Below the pieces are notes generated by a model. It ran no database searches. It saw only the letters and a program-made list of their open reading frames with translations, and was not told where the DNA came from. From a bacterium (GTDB lineage Bacteria > Hinthialibacterota > Hinthialibacteria > OLB16), in the NCBI GenBank assembly GCA_022072055.1, contig JAJVIK010000025.1:7766-71765 (forward strand): a DNA stretch of 64,000 nucleotides. Direction: 5' to 3'. This document shows, piece by piece, positions 16,800 through 25,802 of this stretch (the stretch's first letter is position 1; the number at the start of each line of letters is the position of its first letter). A program made the translations under genes and the position numbers.

Positions 16800-18830
16800 T
16801 CACCGCGCCCGGTGATACCGGATCACCGCCGCCGAAGCGGGGCTATCCAGTCTCACCTCGAGTCCCTCCTCCACCAGGTTCTTGCCCGTCATTTCGGTCG
16901 CTTGGTCTGGGCCTTCAATTGAGGCCACGCGATACTTGGCGCCGACCTCAAGGTCATGCAATTTGAGACGGATCGCGCCTTCCCGGCACTCGGGTCGCCG
17001 AAACGCCTGCACAAGCCCCTCCTGCTTCTCCGGGTCATGGAACTGCCAGGCGATCCAGACATTCTTTTCCTGGCTGTATCCGGTGAGCGGATAATAGTCC
17101 TTGAGGTAAAGGGGAGTGATCTCGCGCCATTGAGCGAATAGATGACGGATCGCCTCATAGTCGAGGTCCTTTTCCCGCATGTCAAAACCGCAGGCGATGG
17201 CCGGGGCGGCATTGCTCCAGAAGGCATAAGGCTCGATCGGATGCAACCCAGTCCCGTAGTAAGGCGCGCCCGCATAGCACACAGTCCCGGTTCCGAAATA
17301 GGGAATCCAAAGCGGAATCCCATAGTTCATCCCCTGGGTTCCAATCGGCTCATAGGCATAGTCGCTCTTCCAGAGCGGCACCGCTCGACGCATGGTCTCC
17401 AGGTCGTTCCGCCTCCCACCCGAGGCGCAGGCGTCGATCAACATGCCGGGGTGACGGCGCAGGAGTTCATCCCAGTAGGCCAAGTAACCCATCACGTGTT
17501 TGATCTCGGTGATTCCCTGGCGGTCCTCCGGGTCGTTCTTCCGCCAGTGCTCCAGCGGATCCATGTTGAAATCCTGGCGATACAGGTCAATGCCTTGATC
17601 CACCAGGATCGTGTCCACGTGCCCGACCAGCCAGTTCCAAGCCTCGGGATTGCCGAGGTTGAGGAGGCCCCCTTCCTTGCCTCCCAGAATCCATTCGGGG
17701 TGGTTCTCGGCGAGCCATGTCCCCGGCGCGACGCGTTCCGGTTCAAACCAAACCAGAACCTTAAAGCCCTTGGAGTGAGCGTAGTCGCTGACCTCCCTCA
17801 GCCCCTTCGGAAACCGCTTGAGGTCCACCTCCCAGGTTCCGACCTGCGGCCAGCCCTTTTCCTGAATGTACCAGCCCGCGTCCATCCACCAGTAATCGAG
17901 GGGGAGGCGCTCCTCCAGGTAGCGGTCGATGAAGAATTTCTGCTTCTCGGTGTCGGCCTTGATCATCTCCTCGTAGGCGCGTGAGGAAGAGGCCAACATG
18001 AGGCTTGAGGGAAGCTTTCCGCCCGGTCTCGGCATCCCGTGCGCCATCATCCACCGACGCCACTGGTTCTGCGAGCGAAGCCAGTCGCCCTTCCAGAACT
18101 GAAGGACAATCAGCGGCGAACGGACTTCCTCGCCGGGGACCAGCTTGAAATGAGTGAGCTCCTGGCCCGCGGAAAGATGAAGCCCGTGCGGGCCCTCGCG
18201 GACCATGTCGGACGCCCATTGCCCCGGCCAGCCTACCGACACGATGAGCCCGCCGCCGTCCCATTCCAAGTTGAAGTACGACATGTCGGCGTTCGTGGGA
18301 CGTCCCCCGGCGCCGGAGAGACGCTTCGAGGCCCCCGGCCCCAGCGCGGTCTCCTGCGGGGCGTAATCCGTGATCTTGGCCTGGGACCCAAGCGAGTGGT
18401 GAAGGAGGAAGTCGCTTGAACCCTCGGACTGGAGGTGGAGGTCAAGCGCCTCGATCTTTTCCAGGATGGGGGTCTCCGAGGCGCCTTGGTTCTTGAAATG
18501 CAGGGTCCATTCCACGGCGGGGAAATCGAGGTATTCGACGGCCTCGCAGCGCGCGAGAAGTCCTGTCTTCGGGTCGGTGAAAAGAAGGGTGTGGCGCTTT
18601 CGATTCGAGTCGATCTCCTTGGAGGTCTTCTCGAAACGCCAGCTCTTAACCTGCTCCGCGAAAGGGATTCCGTTGTAGATGAACGAGAAGGGGAGGGTTT
18701 CGGGTGACCCGGAGAGATGGGTCTCAATCCATCCCTTGGCGCGCGTCATCTCGGCCTCGGTCGGCGCTGTCACCGCAACGGACTGGGATGCAAACAAAAT
18801 GAACCAGCTGATGCCCGCGAGGAGCCGCAT
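16800..18830 (-). CDS. Alpha-galactosidase-like GH36 protein
   Basis: Signal peptide; WWMDAGW, LVWFEPE, DLYRQDFN and IDACASGGRR.DLE. Confidence 0.85.
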   Translation of the reverse strand: MRLLAGISWFILFASQSVAVTAPTEAEMTRAKGWIETHLSGSPETLPFSFIYNGIPFAEQVKSWRFEKTSKEIDSNRKRHTLLFTDPKTGLLARCEAVEYLDFPAVEWTLHFKNQGASETPILEKIEALDLHLQSEGSSDFLLHHSLGSQAKITDYAPQETALGPGASKRLSGAGGRPTNADMSYFNLEWDGGGLIVSVGWPGQWASDMVREGPHGLHLSAGQELTHFKLVPGEEVRSPLIVLQFWKGDWLRSQNQWRRWMMAHGMPRPGGKLPSSLMLASSSRAYEEMIKADTEKQKFFIDRYLEERLPLDYWWMDAGWYIQEKGWPQVGTWEVDLKRFPKGLREVSDYAHSKGFKVLVWFEPERVAPGTWLAENHPEWILGGKEGGLLNLGNPEAWNWLVGHVDTILVDQGIDLYRQDFNMDPLEHWRKNDPEDRQGITEIKHVMGYLAYWDELLRRHPGMLIDACASGGRRNDLETMRRAVPLWKSDYAYEPIGTQGMNYGIPLWIPYFGTGTVCYAGAPYYGTGLHPIEPYAFWSNAAPAIACGFDMREKDLDYEAIRHLFAQWREITPLYLKDYYPLTGYSQEKNVWIAWQFHDPEKQEGLVQAFRRPECREGAIRLKLHDLEVGAKYRVASIEGPDQATEMTGKNLVEEGLEVRLDSPASAAVIRYHRAR

Positions 18831-18878
18831 GGGAGTTTCTCCTTTCCCCCGCGCGCCTCGGGTGTCGGCTTTAAAGCC

Positions 18879-19667
18879 TTATCTCAAGGCGCTGTTTTCG
18901 GCGGGAGGGCGGTAGTTTACCAGATTTGCGCTGAAACTCCCAAACTCGATGTCCACAAGAATCTTGACCGGGATGGATCGCCCATCGGCGGTCAGCCAAA
19001 TCTTGTAAGCCCGCTTTCCGACCGGTTTGCCCTGCCATAGGAGTTGAGGCGAAACCTCCAGGGTGTCCATGGTTCCAAAAAGGGTCTCCAGGGCGGGTCC
19101 GCGCGAAACCTCCCCGATGGCGGTGTAGACATCCTTTCCGTCCGTCACCGGTAATTCGAAACATTCACCAATCCGGAGGTCGCGCTGGAGAAAACAGACC
19201 CCCGCGCTGACCGGATCGTAGGTTCCCTCCGGGACCGCGAGCTCCCCGCGCAAGCCCTTGCGGTTGTAACGACGGACCAGCCCCTCGTTGGGGCTGATCT
19301 CGAGCCAGCCATCCAGCTCCCAGCGTTTCTTCTTCTCCCATTCCTCGTAGAGCCAGGGCTTGCCGCTCGGGGAAAGGTACCCCAGGAACTTGTATTGAGC
19401 GCTGTACAGGTTCTCGATCGAACCGGTGGTCCGGGCATGCGCCTCGACTTGGTGGCACTCTTGGCCCCCGCGGGTTCGAGCGCCCAAATTGGAGACCGCG
19501 AGCTTCCCCACCAAGAGATCGATCCAGTACACATCAAAGGCCATCGCCTCGCCCGCGCGCGAGGGGGGCATCGCGCTGGGAGCGGGGCAGGACAAGAGGA
19601 GGGTGACCAGCGCAAGAGCGCCGGAGACGATACGAGTTCGGATGATGGGACACCTCCCAAACGACAT
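18879..19667 (-). CDS. DUF3108-domain exported protein
   Basis: Signal-like N-terminus; FDVYWIDLLVG, YDPVSA, TDGKDVY and IWLTADGRSIPVKI...FGSF.A.L. Confidence 0.8.
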   Translation of the reverse strand: MSFGRCPIIRTRIVSGALALVTLLLSCPAPSAMPPSRAGEAMAFDVYWIDLLVGKLAVSNLGARTRGGQECHQVEAHARTTGSIENLYSAQYKFLGYLSPSGKPWLYEEWEKKKRWELDGWLEISPNEGLVRRYNRKGLRGELAVPEGTYDPVSAGVCFLQRDLRIGECFELPVTDGKDVYTAIGEVSRGPALETLFGTMDTLEVSPQLLWQGKPVGKRAYKIWLTADGRSIPVKILVDIEFGSFSANLVNYRPPAENSALR

Positions 19668-19784
19668 GCCTGTGGGAATGCGACGTCGCCCCCACGGACT
19701 CCATTCAATCTCCTTTACCGATTCCTGGCAACCGCGCCCCCGTTACCCCACATCCGCCCGACCCGTTTGTATGAGTGACAGACG

Positions 19785-19887
19785 CAGTGCTCCCAGTTCA
19801 AATCCCAGAACTGGAGCCACACCAACCCTAAGTAAGCCTCCTCTTAGGACTCGCCGGTCATCCCACCCCCTTGACCGGCTTTTTTTT
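19785..19887 (+). ncRNA. Candidate small RNA with three C-rich-loop hairpins ending in an intrinsic terminator
   Basis: Hairpins at 19789-19817 (loop AAAUCCCA), 19827-19848 (loop UAAGCCUCCU) and 19853-19879 (loop UCCCACCCCCU), then T8. No + strand gene upstream needs this terminator. The 5' end is unknown. Confidence 0.45.
19853..19887 (+). terminator. Rho-independent terminator
   Basis: GCCGGTCA/TGACCGGC 8-bp stem followed by eight T. Confidence 0.8.
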
Positions 19888-19924
19888 GTCCAGACATTCC
19901 CCAGATTCTACCCCAAAATGACAC

Positions 19925-19964
19925 TTGACAGTCACAAGCGAACTGGTCTACAGTGATAGTAGTC
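19925..19964 (+). promoter_or_regulatory. Sigma70 promoter of the blaI-like operon with an overlapping candidate operator
   Basis: TTGACA (19925-30), 18 nt, TACAGT (19949-54). Imperfect palindrome GTCTACAGTGATAGTAGTC (CTAC-N7-GTAG) overlaps the -10. Confidence 0.55.
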
Positions 19965-20004
19965 GTGCTGCTGTCCCCATTCGTTCTGTAGGAGGTGCAA
20001 GTCT

Positions 20005-20391
20005 GTGGTCAACACTCCAAACAAAATCGCCCCTTTAAGCCGCCTCGAGGGCCTGATCATGGGGGTCCTGTGGGAGCGTGGCGATTCCACGGCGAAGGAG
20101 GTCCGGGAGTATCTCGAGGAAACCAAGCCGATGGCCCACACAACGGTTCTTACGATCCTTTCCCGCCTGCAGGAAAAGGGTTATATCAAACAGATCCCTT
20201 CCCTGGGGCGCTCGCTTCTGTTTCGCCCGATTGTTTCCAAGGAGAAGGTCGCGCGCACCAGCGTGCTTGAACTCCTGGCGCGGTTTTTTGGCGGCTCCCC
20301 CGAGAAATTGGTGGCCCATTTGGTGGAGGAGGCCGACATCACCACCAAGGAACTGGACACGATTCGGCGCAAGTTGGATGAAACAAAATAA
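20005..20391 (+). CDS. BlaI/MecI/CopY family transcriptional repressor
   Basis: LSRLEGLIMGVLWE, TTVLTILSRLQEKGYI and FFGGSPEKLVAHLVE; GGAGG RBS. Confidence 0.93.
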   Translation: MVNTPNKIAPLSRLEGLIMGVLWERGDSTAKEVREYLEETKPMAHTTVLTILSRLQEKGYIKQIPSLGRSLLFRPIVSKEKVARTSVLELLARFFGGSPEKLVAHLVEEADITTKELDTIRRKLDETK

Positions 20392-20534
20392 TCCGACCCG
20401 AGCGCGGAAGAGCGGGAAACCCGGCTCTTGGGGTTGCGCGAGGCCGGGCGGTCAAGGTCGGGAAACGGGGAAGGGGTGTCCCGGATCGAACGGGACGGAG
20501 CCGGAGGTGGATTGAAGTTTGACGAGGGCTTCGG

Positions 20535-21752
20535 ATGCCAAGTGACTTCCTGTCCCACCTGCTCTCCAGCAATGTCCAGATCGAAGTGGGTCTGCGCGTG
20601 GTGGTCGCCGCGGTTGAACTCGCGTTTCTGGCCGCGGTGATCGGGGGAGTCGAGTTCCTGCTGCGGGGACGCATCCCCAGGCTGATCGCCTCCCTTTGGG
20701 CCCTCGTCTTGGTGAAATCCCTTTTCACCTTGGTGATCGGGTCCCCGCTGCTGCTCGCGCGGATTGAAATCACTCCGCCGCCGGTTCCCACGGAGCTCCC
20801 GCTGGCCGGGGACAGGGGGGAGTTTCGCAATGTCTCGGCCTCCAACGAGTTCATTTTGAGAAATTCGGAAGATTGGATCGTCACCGTTGAAGACCCCCTT
20901 TCCGAAGAGAAGCGCCATGCGCTATTCGTCTGGGTCTTCAGAGAGTCCGCGTTCCTCAAATGGGCCGCGCTGATTTGGGTGGCGGGGATCCTCTTGGGCG
21001 CGCTGCGGTGGACGCTCGCGGGGTATGCTCTCCGGTGCGTTATCGCGCGCGGGGCCGAGCCGGATGCGCGCCTGCTTGAGACCTATGAGGCCGAAGTGGC
21101 GCGACGGGGGATGGCCTTCGCTCCCAGGCTTTGCCTGAGCTCGGAGGTCGAATCCCCCGTTCTTTTCGGGGCGTTCAAGCCCACCATCCTCCTGCCGGTG
21201 TGGCTTTCGGAAGCCGACCGGCCGATGCTCCGCCATGTTTTCGCGCACGAGTTGATGCACCACTCCCACCGGGATGCCTTTGTGCTTGCGCTCGGACAGC
21301 TTGCCAAGCTGCTCCTGTTCTTCCATCCCGTGGCTCATTGGGTGTTTCAGCGCTGGCTGTTCAACGCGGAACTCGCCTGTGACCGCGCGCTGGTCCGATC
21401 CGAGAGCGAGGCTCGCCAATACGCGCGGGAACTGCTGGAGGTCATGGAGCGCATGCGCCACAGAAGAGGCGCGCTGAGCGGCCTCTACGCCACCCGCTTC
21501 CAACTCACCGCGCGCATGAACGCCCTCTTGAAGGATCCCCTGACCATCCGACCGATCCTTACGGGCTGGGAGTGGGCCGTGATTCTCTCCTTCGGCCTCG
21601 GTGTGCTTCTGTTCGGAATCCGAGTGGACATCAAGACCCTGGATTTTCTCGACTATGACACGCTCTTCTATGGCTCTTGGGAGATTCGCGGTCCCAAGGC
21701 CGCGCCGCTTCCCAAGCTTCCGAGCGATGATCTCACATCCTTCTCGAATTGA
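20535..21752 (+). CDS. M56 (BlaR1/MecR1-type) membrane metallopeptidase without a C-terminal sensor domain
   Basis: SPVLFGAFKPTILLP, AHELMH, FFHPVAHW and ELACD; only about 40 aa follow the last TM. Confidence 0.88.
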   Translation: MPSDFLSHLLSSNVQIEVGLRVVVAAVELAFLAAVIGGVEFLLRGRIPRLIASLWALVLVKSLFTLVIGSPLLLARIEITPPPVPTELPLAGDRGEFRNVSASNEFILRNSEDWIVTVEDPLSEEKRHALFVWVFRESAFLKWAALIWVAGILLGALRWTLAGYALRCVIARGAEPDARLLETYEAEVARRGMAFAPRLCLSSEVESPVLFGAFKPTILLPVWLSEADRPMLRHVFAHELMHHSHRDAFVLALGQLAKLLLFFHPVAHWVFQRWLFNAELACDRALVRSESEARQYARELLEVMERMRHRRGALSGLYATRFQLTARMNALLKDPLTIRPILTGWEWAVILSFGLGVLLFGIRVDIKTLDFLDYDTLFYGSWEIRGPKAAPLPKLPSDDLTSFSN

Positions 21753-21758
21753 GCCCGC

Positions 21759-22733
21759 TCACAGCCCTGACTTCGCCCGCATCTCGGCGGTCACATCCTT
21801 GAGGATATCCTCCAAGCTCCGCTTCGGCTGGTAGCCGATCAGGCTCCTGGCGCGGGAGAGGTCGGGAATCCGGCGCAGCATGTCCTCGAATCCCTCTGAG
21901 TAGGCTTGGTCGTAGGGGATAAGGCGGATTGTGGAGGAGGAGCCGGTGAGCGCGATGACCCGCTCGGCCAGATCCCGGATGGAGACCTCCTCTTGAGATC
22001 CGACGTTGAACACCTTGCCGCGCGCGTCGGGGTGTTCGAGAAGCCCCACCAGCGCGGGGACCACATCGCTCACATGCGCGAAGCAACGTGTCTGGCCGCC
22101 ATCCCCGAACACGGTGAGCGGCTCCCCGCGAAGCGCCTGCCTCACAAAGTTCGGGATCACCATGCCGTAACGCCCCGTCTGCCGCGGCCCGACCGTGTTG
22201 AACAATCGGACAATCACCGTGGGGAGGGCCTTCTCCTCATGGTATGCCAGGGCCAGAAACTCATCGATCGCCTTGGAGGCCGCATACCCCCAGCGCGACT
22301 TGCAGGTCGGCCCCATGATGCTGTCATCGCTTTCCTCAAAGGTCCCCTTGTTGCTCTTCCCGTACACCTCGGAGGTGGAGGTGATCAGCGCCGGACGCCG
22401 GTAGCGGCAGGCAAACTTGAGGACAATCTCGGTCCCGAAGATGTTGTTGATCAGGCATTCAGTGGGGCGCTCGATAACCAGGCGCACTCCCACGCTCGCC
22501 GCCAGATGGTAGACATGATCCGCCTCGCGGATGAGCGTTTCCACCAAGGCCTCGTTGCGGAGATCGTCGATGAAGCAGCGAAACCGGGGATTCCCCTCAA
22601 GGTGAGAAATGTTCCGGTAATCGCCGGTGGAAAGGTCATCCAGAATCGAAACCTCATCTCCCCGCGCGAGGAGAAAATCTGAAAGATGGGAGCCGATGAA
22701 CCCGGCCCCGCCGGTGATAAAGATTTTGGACAT
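21759..22733 (-). CDS. NAD-dependent epimerase/dehydratase (nucleotide-sugar)
   Basis: ITGGAGFIGSHL, TSTSEVYG, YAASK, RLFNTVGPRQ and QTRCF.HVSD. Confidence 0.92.
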   Translation of the reverse strand: MSKIFITGGAGFIGSHLSDFLLARGDEVSILDDLSTGDYRNISHLEGNPRFRCFIDDLRNEALVETLIREADHVYHLAASVGVRLVIERPTECLINNIFGTEIVLKFACRYRRPALITSTSEVYGKSNKGTFEESDDSIMGPTCKSRWGYAASKAIDEFLALAYHEEKALPTVIVRLFNTVGPRQTGRYGMVIPNFVRQALRGEPLTVFGDGGQTRCFAHVSDVVPALVGLLEHPDARGKVFNVGSQEEVSIRDLAERVIALTGSSSTIRLIPYDQAYSEGFEDMLRRIPDLSRARSLIGYQPKRSLEDILKDVTAEMRAKSGL

Positions 22734-22783
22734 GGTGACTCCCCGTGGATCGGTTTTCGCGGGCGTTCTCGCCGGCGGTTTCC

Positions 22784-24250
22784 TCAGGTTTCTTCCTCGG
22801 CCGGGCGAGGTTCCATCAAAATCGGTCGGTTTCGAACCAGCGCGGCCTCCAAGGCGCCAACCGCGACATACGCCACCAAAGCCGAGGCCAACGAAAAGAG
22901 GTACGGGTACTCGATCGGCTCAAGCAGCCGCGCGGAGGCGCCCTCGGAATCGGATCCCAGTGGAAACGGCGGAATCCCGTAGCAGCCGAGAACATAGACC
23001 GTGACCCCGACCAAGAGCGAGGAGTATGCCGCCAGCAGCCCGCCATAGCGCGTGAACAACCCGAAAACCACGACCACGAACACTCCCGTGCTGCCGAAAG
23101 CCGAGGCCTCCTCGACCAAATCCCTCACCCTCCCGCCGTGGAGCGCGAGCAAATAAGCGACGATCCCAAACGCAAACACGGAGATTCGTGAAACACGGAG
23201 CTTGATCCTCTCGTCCCGCGTCTTCAGGATCGGCAACAGGAGGTTATGGGAGAATAGCGATCCGGCGGCGAGCAGCGCGCTGTCCACCGTGGAGAGGATC
23301 GCGGAAACCAACGCCCCGGCGAACAGAACATAGAGAAACTTGTTCAGATGCGCCTGAGCCAGGGCCGGAAGGAAATGTTCCGGGTTTTCGAGGTTGGGCA
23401 TCAGGCTGGGACCGAGAATCCCGAGCGTCACCGGGATCATCCCAACCGCGAGGTAAAGGCCCGCCGAGGAGAAGCACGCCGCGCGCGCCACGCCGGCGGA
23501 CCGCGCCGCCAGCGCCCGCGCCACCAGTTCCTGCGAGAGGACCGACCCGATCAGAGGGATGCACCATGCCTCCATTTGGGCGAGCGGCGCCTCCTCTTCC
23601 GCGCCGAACGGCTTCAGCCGAACCGGGTCCACGGGAGGATAATCCCCGCCGCTATAGCCGTAGATCACGATTCCGAGCAGAAGCAGCAGCCCACCGATCA
23701 GGACCCCTCCCTGGAGAACATCCGTGATCGCGTCCGCCCGAAGCCCGCCCATGGTCGTGTACAGGATCACGGCGGCCGCGGACAGGAAGATGGCCACCGA
23801 GAGGCTGAGTTCCGAGGAGGCGGAGAGGACATGCCCAAAGGCGAGGATCTGCGCGCCCGCCCAGATGACCGAGGTCGGGACAAGCAGGATCACTCCCAGT
23901 CGCTCCACGCCGGTCGAAAAGCGCTCGCGGAACAGGTCGGCGAGGGTTGTGAACCCGCGCTTCCAAAGCGGGACCGCGAAGAACAGGCCCATCATCACCA
24001 GGCAAGTGGTGTAACCGAAGGGGTCCAGACGGGCCCCCACAAGACCTTGGGAGTACACTTCTCCCGAAGACCCCAGACAGGTTTCCGCCCCGAACCAAGT
24101 GGCGAAAAGGGTCATCGTGAGAACACCGGGCCCGAAACTCCTTCCCGCCAGGAGGTAGTCCGATTCGCTGTGGGTTCGCCGCGCCACGAACAGACCGATT
24201 GCGAGCTGCGCCAGGACATACAAAAGAATTCCCGCGAGAACCAGGTTCAC
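22784..24250 (-). CDS. Sodium:solute symporter (SSS family)
   Basis: DYLLAGRS, TLFATWFGAET, YTTMGGLRA..TD and SAILSTVDS; about 13 TMs. Confidence 0.92.
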   Translation of the reverse strand: MNLVLAGILLYVLAQLAIGLFVARRTHSESDYLLAGRSFGPGVLTMTLFATWFGAETCLGSSGEVYSQGLVGARLDPFGYTTCLVMMGLFFAVPLWKRGFTTLADLFRERFSTGVERLGVILLVPTSVIWAGAQILAFGHVLSASSELSLSVAIFLSAAAVILYTTMGGLRADAITDVLQGGVLIGGLLLLLGIVIYGYSGGDYPPVDPVRLKPFGAEEEAPLAQMEAWCIPLIGSVLSQELVARALAARSAGVARAACFSSAGLYLAVGMIPVTLGILGPSLMPNLENPEHFLPALAQAHLNKFLYVLFAGALVSAILSTVDSALLAAGSLFSHNLLLPILKTRDERIKLRVSRISVFAFGIVAYLLALHGGRVRDLVEEASAFGSTGVFVVVVFGLFTRYGGLLAAYSSLLVGVTVYVLGCYGIPPFPLGSDSEGASARLLEPIEYPYLFSLASALVAYVAVGALEAALVRNRPILMEPRPAEEET

Positions 24251-24338
24251 TTCGGTCCGAATCTCCTTGTCGCGACTGAAAATACCAATTCTTGCCCCGG
24301 ACTCAATCCCTCAGTGCGAGAGCCCTGCTGAGCCGGGC

Positions 24339-25184
24339 TTACAGGTCCAGGTTGTGGTGTTTCTTGAAGTGGCGAGCGATCTCGCGCGCCTCGCGTCGCG
24401 AGCGTTTCCATTCGGCGTAGAGGTTGTCATCCAAGAGCTTGGCCGTGGTGGAGAGGGTCATCTTCCCGGGGGTTTGTGAGGCCAGTCGAGCGTGAATGCG
24501 CTTCCCCACCAGTTTCCACCAGATTGCCAGCCCGATTGGCAGACGCGCCCCCTCCAGGTTTGCCCCGCGGAGCTTGGCCCCCGCGAGGCCGGCTCCCAGC
24601 AAATGCGCTTCTCCAAGGTCCGCTCCTTCCAAATGGGTTCCGGAAAGATTGGCCTTGTAGAGGTTGGCTCCCCGCAAATCCGCCCCCTCCAGATTGGCCT
24701 CGCGCAGGTCCTTCCATTCCAGCGCGGATTTGCCCAGATGCGCCCCTCGCATCATCAGTCCGCGCAACTGCACCCCTTCCAGGTTGCACCCCTCCAATGT
24801 GGCCCGGTCGAGCAGCGCCTTCTCCAGGTTGGCCCGGGTCAGATTGCCGCCCCGCAGGTTTGCCTGATGGAGGTTTGCCCCCTTGAGATCGGCCTCCGTG
24901 AGATCGGCCTTCTCAAGGTTCGCGGAGGCGAAGTTCACCCCGGCCAGGCGCGCCCCCCGCAGATTCGCGCCCGACAGGTTGCTCTCCTCGAAATCGGAGC
25001 CTTCAAGGTTGGCGCCGGATAGGTTCACCCCTGAGAGGTCGTTCGAACCGAGCTCCGTCATCCTCAGATCGATTCCCGCGAGGAGCGCTCGTTCCAGGGC
25101 CGCCGCGAGGCTCTTCGAATCGATCCGGGTGACCACTTCCCCGAAGAGGTCTCGAATCTCATGCAACTGGGTTTCTCCCGCCAT
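24339..25184 (-). CDS. Pentapeptide-repeat protein
   Basis: About 30 tandem A(N/D)LxG-type pentapeptides (ANLEG, ADLRG, ANLSG) between unique N- and C-terminal segments. Confidence 0.92.
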   Translation of the reverse strand: MAGETQLHEIRDLFGEVVTRIDSKSLAAALERALLAGIDLRMTELGSNDLSGVNLSGANLEGSDFEESNLSGANLRGARLAGVNFASANLEKADLTEADLKGANLHQANLRGGNLTRANLEKALLDRATLEGCNLEGVQLRGLMMRGAHLGKSALEWKDLREANLEGADLRGANLYKANLSGTHLEGADLGEAHLLGAGLAGAKLRGANLEGARLPIGLAIWWKLVGKRIHARLASQTPGKMTLSTTAKLLDDNLYAEWKRSRREAREIARHFKKHHNLDL

Positions 25185-25583
25185 TCAAAGCCACTCCACG
25201 AATTCAAGGATGTTACCATCCGGGTCGCTGAAGTAGAGCCACTTGACCTTCCCCGGGATTTCCAAGGGTCCCTTCAGAATCGGCACGCCCCGGTCGGCAA
25301 GCGCCTCGAGGATCTTCTCGATGTTCTCGGTGGCCAGGGCCACATGAGGAGTATAGGGTGGTTCGGGGATCCGCGCCTCAAGGGGAATCGGTGAGTTATC
25401 CTCGGAAAGCCTCTGAAGGAGTTCGAGGTTGCCTCCCTCCAGGCGTAGGAACGCGAAGGCCTCGTGGTGAACCGGGTCGAGCTCCCGGAACAGGAGCTCC
25501 AGACCGAGGGTCCGGGTGTAGAAATCGATGGCGGCGGACAGATCCGACACCTGCACGGCCACATGGTCGAGTTTCAAATTCAT
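25185..25583 (-). CDS. VOC family protein (glyoxalase/methylmalonyl-CoA epimerase-like)
   Basis: LDHVAVQVSDL..AIDFY..TLG, LELLQ, HVALAT and FSDPDGNILEF. Confidence 0.9.
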   Translation of the reverse strand: MNLKLDHVAVQVSDLSAAIDFYTRTLGLELLFRELDPVHHEAFAFLRLEGGNLELLQRLSEDNSPIPLEARIPEPPYTPHVALATENIEKILEALADRGVPILKGPLEIPGKVKWLYFSDPDGNILEFVEWL

Positions 25584-25588
25584 GATCG

Positions 25589-25629
25589 CAAAAACAAAAA
25601 GAGCGGAGGCTTGTTGTGCCCTCCGCTCT
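25589..25629 (-). terminator. Intrinsic terminator immediately upstream of the VOC start codon
   Basis: Minus strand reads AGAGCGGAGG-loop-CCTCCGCTCT then TTTTGTTTTT; the ATG follows 6 nt after the T-tract. Confidence 0.7.
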
Positions 25630-25646
25630 GCCGAGGATCTTGAGGA

Positions 25647-25696
25647 GGAGTGCGGTGCCCGGCTCGCTTGCTCAAGGCGGGTCGGGCCCCGCACTC
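25647..25696. repeat. REP-like hairpin of the GGAGTGCGG...CCGCACTC class
   Basis: GAGTGCGG (25648-55) pairs with CCGCACTC (25689-96); inner GCCCGGC/GTCGGGC pairing. Confidence 0.55.
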
Positions 25697-25802
25697 TGAA
25701 ACGGGTACTAGGGGAATTCTTGCTGATTTCTTATTGAGCAGCTTGGATGCCAACGCGGAAAAAAGTCGGGCCACCACCATTAACTCCTTTAACATGAGTT
25801 GG

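Noticed and set aside
19793-19810. GTTCAAATC resembling a tRNA T-loop
   Set aside because: The flanks do not form a T-stem, and there is no acceptor, D or anticodon arm.
25600-25800. Cobalamin or other known riboswitch upstream of the VOC gene
   Set aside because: The conserved B12-box elements are not in the right order or strand. Only a REP hairpin and a terminator are supported.
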